46,086 bases of DNA, taken from Legionella genomosp. 1. GTDB lineage: Bacteria > Pseudomonadota > Gammaproteobacteria > Legionellales > Legionellaceae. Made by a program: the position numbers and the translations under genes. Position 1 is the stretch's first letter. Every line of letters begins with the position of its first letter. The notes under the pieces are model-generated. The model was not told the DNA's origin. It worked only from the letters and a program-made list of their open reading frames with translations, and did not search any database. Below, in pieces: positions 19,269 to 29,300 of the stretch. The DNA lies in assembly GCA_945865355.1 (NCBI GenBank), contig CAMBDN010000001.1, positions 1-46,086 of the forward strand, in the 5' to 3' direction.

Positions 19269-19472
19269 ATGTTAATCAAAATCATCGTTTTTATTGCTAT
19301 GATGATCATTCTCATTTCTTTAGCCACTGGACTGATTTTTCTAGTTCGTGACGAAGGGAAAACCAAACGTACGGTCACATCATTGACTGTGCGGATAGGT
19401 GTATCAGTAGCCCTGTTTATTTTTTTAATTTTGGCCTTCAGTCTTGATTGGATACAACCGCATCCACTCTGA
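19269..19472 (+). CDS. Twin transmembrane helix small protein (DUF2909)
   Basis: 67 aa with two TM helices. GLIFLVRDEGKTKRTVTSLTVRIGVS...WIQPHP matches the family pattern. It is divergent from SURF1, as in the Pseudomonas cox clusters. Confidence 0.75.
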   Translation: MLIKIIVFIAMMIILISLATGLIFLVRDEGKTKRTVTSLTVRIGVSVALFIFLILAFSLDWIQPHPL

Positions 19473-19500
19473 TCAAATAATAAATACCTAGGAATTCAAG

Positions 19501-19650
19501 ATGATAACATTCAATTTTTTACTTTATTTTCTTGTTGGTGTGCAATTGGTCTTTAGGCCCAATCAATTCATTAAATGGCAGTTGCTTTGTTGTCTAATAT
19601 TTACTTTTGTTCGATTTAATTTTCAAATTAATGTCTGGAATTTGGTATGA
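19501..19650 (+). CDS. Unannotated 49-codon hydrophobic mini-ORF translationally coupled to the DsbB-like gene
   Basis: ATG at 19501 with AGGA 7 nt upstream. Translation: MITFNFLLYFLVGVQLVFRPNQFIKWQLLCCLIFTFVRFNFQINVWNLV. Its TGA (19648-19650) overlaps the downstream ATG (19647-19649) as ATGA. Open frames of this length are uncommon in AT-rich spacers. Confidence 0.25.
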   Translation: MITFNFLLYFLVGVQLVFRPNQFIKWQLLCCLIFTFVRFNFQINVWNLV

Positions 19651-20201
19651 ATCAAATTAAATTTCATAAGTTGGGGAATATTTTAGGACTTATCTTTATT
19701 TGCGTGATATTGACCATTGCATTCTACGCGCAATTGAACCGGCATGATCTGCCCTGTCCGCTCTGTTTATTGCAACGTTTGTGCTTTATTGCCGTCGGCT
19801 TGTCGATGTGTTTAAATCTGAAAGAGGGTATCAAAACATCCCACTATGGCATCATGATACTCGCTGCCATCATCGGACTTACCATTGCACTAAGACAAAT
19901 CTCTTTACATCTGGCACCTTACGATCTTGGATATGGCCAATTATTCTTAGGTTTTCATATGTATGTATGGTCTGCTATTGTCTTTACATTTATGATTGGG
20001 CTGATAGGTGTTGCCATGCTCTTCGAAAAAGGCTTCTCCGACAGCAAACCGCTACTCAGTCGTTGGCAATTGACCCTAATGATTATCTTTCTCTTCTTGA
20101 TTCTTGCCAATGGAGTCAGTACATTTGTTGAATGTGGAGCTTTAGTTTGTCCAGAAAATCCTGTCCAGAATCTGCTGAATGCAGCCACCGGTTTGAAATA
20201 G
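19647..20201 (+). CDS. DsbB-family disulfide oxidoreductase (non-canonical second Cys pair)
   Basis: DLPCPLCLLQR (a CxxC followed by QR after TM1) is DsbB-like. About 5 hydrophobic segments are present. The second Cys pair CGALVC sits in the C-terminal tail rather than in a TM3-TM4 loop. Confidence 0.7.
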   Translation: MNQIKFHKLGNILGLIFICVILTIAFYAQLNRHDLPCPLCLLQRLCFIAVGLSMCLNLKEGIKTSHYGIMILAAIIGLTIALRQISLHLAPYDLGYGQLFLGFHMYVWSAIVFTFMIGLIGVAMLFEKGFSDSKPLLSRWQLTLMIIFLFLILANGVSTFVECGALVCPENPVQNLLNAATGLK

Positions 20202-20211
20202 AGGCCTAATT

Positions 20212-20664
20212 ATGCGTTTTTTTGTATGTTTAATTTTAACAATATCGTCTCATTTATATGCTGATACGATCGATCACTTCATGAACATTGCCAATAACAT
20301 CCCGCAAATGGAGATGAAAGCCGATCCCCAATCGCAAGCTTGGGCGCGCTCTGCTCGAACCGTACTCATTTTAACAAGTGATAGCATCGCCGAAACACTT
20401 ACGCTTGCCAACGAAACAGCAAGTCAGCAAGGCAGTCCGTTATTTTGCCTCCCTGCCGGTACACAATTAGTTGCAACCAGCCTAAACGACCTTATCCAAC
20501 AAACTTACAAGGAAAGCTCCAGTCAGCAAAGTGATAAGGATAAAATGACCGTGTCCCAAGTTGCCTTGTTGGGACTAAAAAAGCAATACCCTTGCCAACA
20601 ACAACCCGCTGCGAATAAGGCCCCGGTAATGACAGGCGCTTGGCAAAATGAACCGGTAAAATAG
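20212..20664 (+). CDS. Secreted hypothetical protein with two conserved-looking cysteines
   Basis: Signal peptide MRFFVCLILTISSHLYA. The mature part carries FCLPAG ... about 50 aa ... QYPCQ. It lies 10 nt downstream of the DsbB-like gene. Confidence 0.6.
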   Translation: MRFFVCLILTISSHLYADTIDHFMNIANNIPQMEMKADPQSQAWARSARTVLILTSDSIAETLTLANETASQQGSPLFCLPAGTQLVATSLNDLIQQTYKESSSQQSDKDKMTVSQVALLGLKKQYPCQQQPAANKAPVMTGAWQNEPVK

Positions 20665-20670
20665 TTACTA

Positions 20671-21024
20671 CTAACTTTGGCCAAACTCCTCAAATGCTGC
20701 TAAAGCTTCTGCTGCGTACATCATTGACGGTCCACCACCCATATAGATAGCCATACTCAATGTCTCTAACAACTCTTCGCGGCTCGTCTTTAACTTAACC
20801 AAGGTTTGAGCATGAAAACCAATGCAGCCAGGACAACGATTGGCGACGGCTAAAGCCATCGTAATCAACTCTTTAGTTTTCCTATCTAAAGACCCTTCCT
20901 TAAAAACGGCTTGTGACAGCGCCGAAAAACCGGCCATAACGTCTGGTACCTCTTTACGCATTTTCGCCAACTGTGCCGTAATATCTTGTGTCAACTGAAT
21001 GTATTTTTCTGCCATGATGTCCAA
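20671..21024 (-). CDS. Carboxymuconolactone decarboxylase (AhpD-like) family protein
   Basis: 117 aa. The CPGCIGFH CxxC-H motif is typical of CMD/AhpD-fold peroxidase-related proteins. Confidence 0.85.
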   Translation of the reverse strand: MDIMAEKYIQLTQDITAQLAKMRKEVPDVMAGFSALSQAVFKEGSLDRKTKELITMALAVANRCPGCIGFHAQTLVKLKTSREELLETLSMAIYMGGGPSMMYAAEALAAFEEFGQS

Positions 21025-21027
21025 CTC

Positions 21028-21522
21028 CTATGTTAGATAATATTCACAACGCTCAATCAACCCTTCTAGAGCAGCCTGAACCGCTTGTTGACGTATCGCT
21101 GCCCGATCACCCTCAAAAAAATAACATTGCGCGTGCGTCGGCTGCAAATTTCCTGCCCACGCGATCCAAACAGTACCAACCGGTTTTTTAGGAGTCCCGC
21201 CACCAGGGCCTGCTATTCCACTGATAGCTACACTCACGTTAGCATGACTGCAAGCAATGGTACCTTCAGCCATAGCACACACCGTTGCCTCACTAACCGC
21301 ACCCTCTCTAGCAATCATGTCCGCAGGAACAGCTAATACGTCTTCCTTTGCCTCATTGGTATAGGTTACAAATCCCCGATCAAACCATTGCGAACTTCCT
21401 GCAACGTCGGTAATCGTTGCCGCTAGACTCCCGCCAGTACATGATTCCGCAACAGCACAACGTAATTTACGTTGTAGTAACAGTTGGCCTAGTTTTTCTG
21501 CAAGCCCAAAAATCACACTCAT
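21028..21522 (-). CDS. pncC: CinA C-terminal domain protein / nicotinamide-nucleotide amidohydrolase
   Basis: AVAESCTGGSLAATITDVAGSS, FVTYTNEAK, SGIAGPGGG and KPVGTVWIA blocks. Confidence 0.85.
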   Translation of the reverse strand: MSVIFGLAEKLGQLLLQRKLRCAVAESCTGGSLAATITDVAGSSQWFDRGFVTYTNEAKEDVLAVPADMIAREGAVSEATVCAMAEGTIACSHANVSVAISGIAGPGGGTPKKPVGTVWIAWAGNLQPTHAQCYFFEGDRAAIRQQAVQAALEGLIERCEYYLT

Positions 21523-22232
21523 AAAAACAGTTCATGCAGAAAATCAGTCATTGACTGCCAAGAACGTTGCGCGGCCTTTACGTTATATATCGTTCCTAGC
21601 GTTTTATCATTTGCTGCTGGATTGGTGAAGGCATGTTGGATATGGCCATACATATGAACTTGCCAATCAACATGCGCTTCGGTCATCTCTTGGCAAAATT
21701 CATTGACTTGCGAGGGGGGTACCATTGGATCATCATAACCATGCAAAACCAACATTTTGGCTTTTATTTTATGATTTACAAGCTCCGGTGGCTTTGCTAA
21801 TAAACCATGGAAACTAATGGCTCCTACAATATCTGCACCCTCTCGCGCTAAATCTAAAACACAGAGCCCACCGAAACAAAATCCAATAGCGGCAATACGG
21901 CTATTGTCGACTTCCTCCATCGTCATTAAAACATCCAGCGCCGCACGAATTCGTGCACGTAACAAAGGTCGATCGCTAACCAATGGCTGCATCAACGCTT
22001 TTTTTTCATCTGTTGTTTCACCAAGACGTGCGAGACCATACATATCAAGAGCAAAACCAATATATCCCATCTTCGCTAGAAGCTCCGCTTTTTGACACGC
22101 AAATTCATTTCTTCCCGTCCAATCATGAGCCACTAACACCGCTGGACGTGGTTTATTCTGATCATCGCTGTACGCCAAATAACCGTGTAACTCTTGGTTC
22201 CCATGATGATAGACATAATTTGATGTGTGCAT
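21519..22232 (-). CDS. Dienelactone hydrolase family protein
   Basis: Nucleophile elbow IGFCFGG, plus HG.DD and a C-terminal H. There is an ATGA overlap with pncC. These genes form a three-gene minus-strand operon with the CMD gene. Confidence 0.85.
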   Translation of the reverse strand: MHTSNYVYHHGNQELHGYLAYSDDQNKPRPAVLVAHDWTGRNEFACQKAELLAKMGYIGFALDMYGLARLGETTDEKKALMQPLVSDRPLLRARIRAALDVLMTMEEVDNSRIAAIGFCFGGLCVLDLAREGADIVGAISFHGLLAKPPELVNHKIKAKMLVLHGYDDPMVPPSQVNEFCQEMTEAHVDWQVHMYGHIQHAFTNPAANDKTLGTIYNVKAAQRSWQSMTDFLHELFL

Positions 22233-22346
22233 AAAAAATCCCTGTTTATTAACCAGGATCAGTCTAACTTAAATTCAACAATTGAATCTACTTGGTGTTT
22301 TTGTACTATTATAAAATTAATAATACAAATAAGATGGATAGCAATC

Positions 22347-23210
22347 ATGGTGACCAACAATTTTGCTGATATGAAAGATTTTTTACATGCACAATTTTGC
22401 TATCAATTGATCATCACCCCAATGCATTTACCCGTACCGAAACAATATCGCATATTTGCTCGCAGGGCTTGTGAGTACCTAGACAATGAGCGCAGCGAGC
22501 TCTTGCATTTTGAAACTCCCCGACACCATGTCGTCCATCGGTTTTCGCAGATAGGCAATCCACATGCTAAAAAAGTGCTCATTGCACATGGATGGATGTC
22601 GCGAGCAGCCTACATGGCACGATTAATACGCGCGCTACATAAGCAAGGTTATGATGTTTATGCCCTTGATTTTCCGGCCCATGGTGAAGCAAAAGGAGCG
22701 CAACTACCATGGACAGATGCCGTTGCCATTCTTCATCAAATAATCAACCAATTAGGCCCATTCTATGCTGTTATCGGCCATTCCTTTGGTGGTTCAATGC
22801 TGTTAAATACCTTAACGTTATCCACGCAATACCCTGAATTTAAATTAAATAGCGAACCAGAACGGGTCATCTTACTTGCCTCACCAACAAGGATGCGCAC
22901 CCCAGTGACGCTAGTGGCGAGGCAGCTAAAACTCAGTGCGAGATCAATGCTAATGCTGCGTCACGTCTTTCGTGAACAAACGTTTATCAATCTAAACCGC
23001 CTGCATTTTCGCCATTATATTACTCATTCTCAAACGCCTTTTCTGTGTATTCACGGTCAAGATGACAACGCCATTTTGCCTGCAGAATCGATCATATTTT
23101 GCCAAGATTATCCCCATGCCTCCCTATCATTATTACCAGGATTAGATCATATAGGGATTTTGTTAGATGAGCGGGTAGAGCATGCTGTTTGCAAATTTCT
23201 AACCGCTTAA
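22347..23210 (+). CDS. Alpha/beta-fold serine hydrolase
   Basis: From the ATG at 22347 (the track ORF starts at 22227 inside the divergent promoter region). HGWMS oxyanion region, GHSFGG nucleophile elbow, and GQDD and LDH for the triad. Confidence 0.75.
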   Translation: MVTNNFADMKDFLHAQFCYQLIITPMHLPVPKQYRIFARRACEYLDNERSELLHFETPRHHVVHRFSQIGNPHAKKVLIAHGWMSRAAYMARLIRALHKQGYDVYALDFPAHGEAKGAQLPWTDAVAILHQIINQLGPFYAVIGHSFGGSMLLNTLTLSTQYPEFKLNSEPERVILLASPTRMRTPVTLVARQLKLSARSMLMLRHVFREQTFINLNRLHFRHYITHSQTPFLCIHGQDDNAILPAESIIFCQDYPHASLSLLPGLDHIGILLDERVEHAVCKFLTA

Positions 23211-23239
23211 CAAAAATTACGCCCCACCAGCTATTATAT

Positions 23240-23268
23240 TTGTCCGAAAATTTCAATCATGGTACACT
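23240..23268 (+). promoter_or_regulatory. Candidate promoter of the giant ORF
   Basis: TTGTCC (23240-23245), a 17-nt spacer, then TACACT (23263-23268). It lies about 37 nt upstream of the ATG. No strong SD is visible. Confidence 0.3.
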
Positions 23269-23304
23269 GCGCTCATTTTTTTGACATAAAATAGGGCTTT
23301 TTCA

Positions 23305-26300
23305 ATGTACGCCAATCAATATCCTGCTCTCAATAGAACATTTCCTTCCGATAATTTTGAAGTGATTGCTGAAACCATAGAAACCTATTTCAGTGGATTA
23401 TTTGATTTACAACTCATTGAAAATGAAATAAAAGCAAATCATCTCTCCGGAAGTTATATCAATTTTTTTGGTAGAATCATTTCACAATTAAAGCCAGCCC
23501 CTGATAGCGACTTATATACTTGTGAGCAAGTCTGCAGCAAAATCTATTCCATTCTACAAACGGACCAAGGCGTCCGTGAAAGTTTTTTAAATCGGTTGAT
23601 TTTTGTACCCCCGCATAATCATACCGTTTCAACGCAGCTTAGCTTTCAAGAAAAACTAGCAACAGGAAAATTAAAGGTCGCTGAAGCAATAACTTATCTT
23701 GATATGTTACGTATCACCTTTTTTCTCGAGCAATTGCATAGGCGCCGTCACGCTCATAGAAATGAGCCACACAGTGTTGAAGTCATTCACCTTGCAAGTG
23801 CCTCACCCTCAATGCTTGCTGAATTAAAAGCCACTAAGCAAGCATTGATGATCAATCTTAACTTAAATCCCAAAGCCACCCCCAAATGGGCGGTAATTGA
23901 CCTGCGGGATTCCATGACTCCGCAAATCTACTGTGAAACACCACTGTTAGCGAGTGAGCGTAATGAGCTTGAGAGAAAATTAGGTTCCACATTGACGGAT
24001 GTGAGCCCAGGAAAAGCAGATAGCCTGGTTTCTACCGGTTACAGCGCCATTGCCTGGCTCGATCAACACATTACCAAAGGATGGAATTTCGATACTGACG
24101 CTGATTTTAATGTACTGTTTGGCGATTTTGCGTTGACGGTGTTTCGTGCCGATGCTGGCGGAGTTCATTTCAGCTGCGTAGATGACGAATACAATCGATA
24201 TTTCACCGAAGAATTAAAATACATCAATGATTCTCGATATGGCCCCACCCAAGACCCTGCGACAGGTAGCAAACAATGGGGTTCATTTAGTCTATTTAGA
24301 ATGGTTGGTTTTGCTACATTGGATGATATTGAAGGCACACCGATCCCCTATAATGACTTAGCCGCAGTTGTTCACGCGGTAGGCAGTAAAAAATTAAGCA
24401 CCCAGCAATTTGAAGAATACTCAAACCGTGGATTTCGTTCTAAAATCCCTCGGTTCGCACATACCCTAGCTCAATTCGACCACCCCCGTATTTTACAGGA
24501 AGAGGCCGACCGAATAACACTGACGGTTCCAGATACGATCAATTACTACATGCTGAAAAACGAGCATACAACCACATGTATGGAAACAAATACCGATAAT
24601 GGATTGTTTCGATTTATAAAACGTGACCCACGATCATTTTATGTCGAAGCTTCAGAAGAAGACATGGCAACTGCAATGGTGTTAACACTGTTTCGTGCTC
24701 GTGCCAAAAGGCCCGTCCTATCAGTTAATTTACCTCAACGCTTCAATCTAAATGCTGATGAGCAACGTCAGATTGTCAAATTAATGCAAGACAATGCGTT
24801 TGTAACCGAATTGCATATCAATGAAGATAATCCATCCCTGGTTGAACTGAAAGCTGAATTAACCCCGATTTTAGCTAGAAATCGCTGGTTAGCAGCAAAT
24901 AGCTATCTGCCTCCCTTGGTCGATAACTACTGGCATCGGGCAGCAAAATATTGGTTAATTTATCTTAATGAGCATACTGAACTACTTGATGCTAAAGAGG
25001 AGCATCTACTCTTTAAGCGTTGTGTGGAAGAGATGGGCGTCAAAGGACTGCGCGCCGCCTTATCGCATTTGAGCGATCCAGATTTACGCGAACGAATATT
25101 AAGTGTCTATGGCAAAAACCGACCGGCCTTCTATTTAGCGTGTCCACCGAAAGACGTGGGTGCTTGCCTGGGGTTATTAATTGATCACCTCAGTGCAGAA
25201 CATACTTTCCCCTATGCTGAGCTTGGGGTGGCCTTTCAACCCGGGAATGACACCCAATACCTCCGATTGTTGAGTTATGCCAACACAAGACAAGCCTTTG
25301 AAAAGGTGCAACTGACCGATTGCTTGAGACATAAGCACGAATTCGAAATTTTTCTACCCACGCTCATAAAAGAAGCACTCAGGCAACGATGGACAGGGTT
25401 GGTTGTCATTCCTGAGTTAGAAAATGAAAAAACACTGGGTGAGGACAATCGAGCCCTTCGTAGCCTCTACCGCCAATTAAATAATGTGATTTTACACAAT
25501 TGCCATTTAAAGCTGGGTGAAGAGATGGCCGCGCGCATCAAAGATGTGAGCCAATTTGATCACCATGAGCCACACCCAGGTCCCGATGAAGAGGAAAAAA
25601 AGGACGACGACCACAACGCTGCAAAGGGCATACCAGAAGTAAATTTTGCTGAGAACACTGGCCCTTGGCCATTACATCGTGGTGGTGCAGTCCATTTGCA
25701 ACTGCAACAACAACAGGAAATTCAGCAGAATCGCCAAATTCAACAAGAACGTCAAAAAATGCAAATGCAGACGTTGGAAGAAGTCATTACCAGTGATTTG
25801 GTGACCTATGACACGATTGATGCATTGTTAGGCAACTATTTTCAGACCTTTTCCTCTGAGAATGAGTGTCATCCTGTCCGTTACTCTCCTTTGTGGAATA
25901 AAGAACATGAAAGTTTGCTGCAAGGATTTTTCCACACTTGGGTAAATGCTAACCCGCAGGTTTTTGCACCACAGGTGATCCGTTCGATGACCCAGGAAGC
26001 AGCCAAAATGTTGTTGCGTCATCACGTACGGGTAACATCAGGATTGAATCTTGCCAATCTACCCCGAGGATTTTATACCCAAAATGCCAAAGATGGTGGT
26101 TTGATATTATGTTACAACCCAGAAATTGGCTTTGCGTGTGGCTTTAATACCCCGTTAACCCTATTGATGCAGGTGAGCCATCCAAAGGCTAGTGCCTGGG
26201 AAGGTGATTTTCGCATATTTAATGTCGAGAAGTACCTGGAAACCCCCCCACAATTCAATGAAGCGAGTGACTTCCAGAGCTTGGTATTATTTGAAAAATT

Positions 26301-29300
26301 ACAACCAGTAAGAAATTACCAAGCTGATTATGATGCATTCTGCCTCGCGCATCCTGAACTGAATGAGGTACTGAGGACCCATCAACAAAAAATAATCAAT
26401 CACTGGCTAGTATTTTTGCAAGTTTGGCAATGCGAAGGTGGAAAAGGAATCGAAGCATTTGTAGCGCTAGACGATGACGCATTAACGTTAGATATTTCCA
26501 CAGCCTGTGACATTCTCTTTAGCAAGCAATCCGAAGAATTGAGGGAATGGGTTAAACACACCGATCTTGACGAAAGAACGTTACGAGCTATTGCGCAAGT
26601 CTATTATCGCTATGGTGATGAGTCATTAGGATTACTCTTAACCAAATTCAAACAAATTGAATCCGCTTTAGGCGAAGGTTTTTTTAGAGCATTTAACAAG
26701 CCGATTCTCGGCCGTAGTGATAATTTTAACAGTTACCTGCATCCCGCTTTCTTCAAAGCAATGGATGACATGATAACCCATTTGAGCCCTGCGATGGCTG
26801 CCGCCAACAGCGACGCGTGGCTTGCATTTTATCATACACACCTTGCATGCGTTCCATATGAATCACCCGAAACCATGTGGACGGCGTTTGATTACTTCCT
26901 GAAAGAAATCACCGACATGGGGTTGCAGCTATCCGGTACGAAATTTGACAGCCTTGAACCACAGAACATGCTGGTAGGGTTAGACAGAATATTAGCAACC
27001 TTGCGTTGCCTGCCTGAGCAAGATGAGAAAACGAACTTTCTTAAACAGCTAGACCAGCATGATTTAACGCTAGGTGGTGTGCATTATGCTGTCCAATATG
27101 AGCGATTTAAGTATACCAATAATGATTTATTGTTATCCGATTTTGCGCATGGTACGCCGACATATGCACCAAACCTAGCTAAATTGTATTTATGGGAGCC
27201 ATCTGAGTCAACCTTAAATCTTAAGCGTACACTAGCATCGCATGCACAGTTTAACCGAAATGATTATCTATACCTAAGTACTGAGCTCGCTACTGGTGAT
27301 ATTGCATCTCGCCATCACTTGGTGTGGTTGTTATTTACGCAACTTGAAACAACCAACATGCCAGAAGCACTGGCCAAGATTCGTCGCTTACCCGAAACGT
27401 TGGTAGAGAATATTGCTCATCATCTACATCAAGCAGTGCATCGTTATGGTCATTCAACCTTGGCTGTGTCGGTCCATGCCGTAGAGATCTTCCAGAATGC
27501 ATTGCAAGATCATCGTTGCCAAGCATTGCTTAGCAGTTACCCACACGGCAATTTCTTGGAAGCATTAAGCATTTTAGCTGAGAGCGAACATGATGAAGCG
27601 TTGGAACGACTTCTCACTTTGTTTGAAACGCCACAACGCTTAAACCATGATTACCCTGAATTTCTGCACCAGGGCAGTTATAAACTGGCAACAATGTTTG
27701 GCGCGTTTGCACCGCAACAACTCGAGGATTTCATTAAAACGACTAGCCATTTAAAATTAGCCGTCCAAAATGAGTTAGATCGCTTAATTCAACATTTACT
27801 TTCAGTGAACTACCGTGCCAGCGACAAGAGAGCTTTGTATACTTCAGAAAATTGGACTGAATTATTAGCCTGTATAAAGGCGATGGATGATAGACCAAAC
27901 GAGCGCACTGCTATTCGTAAGGCCTACATTACCCAGCTTTGCGACAGAGGTATTGCCTTTAAATTTTCAAAGAACGGGACATTTCGCCATTTAACTGACG
28001 CTGATTATCCTCCAAGTTTAGATATGTTTGCTGATCATCAGCAACGATTATGGATCTTCTTAAAAAATCATATTGTGGTGCCCGCGCCGGGAGAACCGAT
28101 TGAAACGTTGCAACCATTGCTCGCTTTTTTCCAACGTCTACAGCTCAACCGTACCTACCTAAATGAGGTCGAACCACTTTTAGCAATCCTTGACAAAACA
28201 CCTATCGACCAAGTCTGGTCAGCTCGCTATTTTGCTCAAATGTTGGATGTTTTAAAACCAGATAATGACCAAGTGTCATTTCCCTTAGATATGTTGCAAG
28301 TCATGTTAATGGATGAAGGTTTAAAGGCAAAACCCATTGATAACGCAGAAACTGACTTCCACGTCGCCTTAGTGGCACCGCTCAAAGGAATTTTACGTAA
28401 TACAACCTTTGGTCGACCACAACAAGCCAAGTTTTGTGAACTGGCCTTAAAAGAATATCAATTCAGTAAAAGTAATGCGTTACTCAGTGAAATAACCGAT
28501 TTATTATCACCCGCTCACCGCAGCGCAAGCCGTGATGACTCATTAGATTTTTTAACGGCCAGTTCAACAATAGCTACTCTAACCCAACGTTTGGATAAAC
28601 TGCGTCAATTGTTAACTCATCCTACCGGTTCTGTAGAAGTCAGCGCGCAATGGGATCATACCGTAGCGCTGTGGTTAAAAGCCATTGCAGCCAGTTCCAA
28701 TGAAATCACATTACTTAACCGCGTCATGGCAAGCTTAGACGATGCTGAAGCGAATAAACGTGCACATATTCTACACATTATTGCCTGGAGCAGTTTGCAC
28801 CCTGGTTTGCGTGATAACGAAACGTATACGGATGAGTTGAATAGACAAGCACCTAAGCTCGTGACACGTTTGCTGACATTATCAGCGCAGGAATTAACCG
28901 CTCTCGCTGCTTGTTACCCTAAACAACCCTCCCCCGGCGCTGACAATCTCATTCGTATCTTAAAGCGTCCTAAAGGTCAGGACGTTACCACCGCGTTGAG
29001 TTCTTTTTTAAAAAACCCTCATCCCGATGTGCGAGCTGACTACCAGCACGTAGTAAAAACACGTCAAGCTGATTTGCAACGCATGCTGACAGAAACGCGC
29101 GTCACCAATGGCGAGGAAAGCGAGCCACTTAGCCCCCTCCAAGTAGGCCGATTAAGCCTTATTTTTACAGAATTAAAGCAACTCGAAACGGGACTTTTAT
29201 TTATCGAAGGGGCTAAAAAAGCAGTTGCTGAAATGAGCCAACAAGAATTAGCCGAAGCGTTTAAACGTCTATCAGCTGAATCATTAAAACGTCCAGATGA

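Noticed and set aside
19184-19378. Minus-strand 64-aa ORF opposite the DUF2909 gene. Also alternative-frame ORFs 19781..20131 and 43961..44308.
   Set aside because: The overlapping frames carrying recognisable family motifs (DUF2909, DsbB-like, PilE) explain the sequence.
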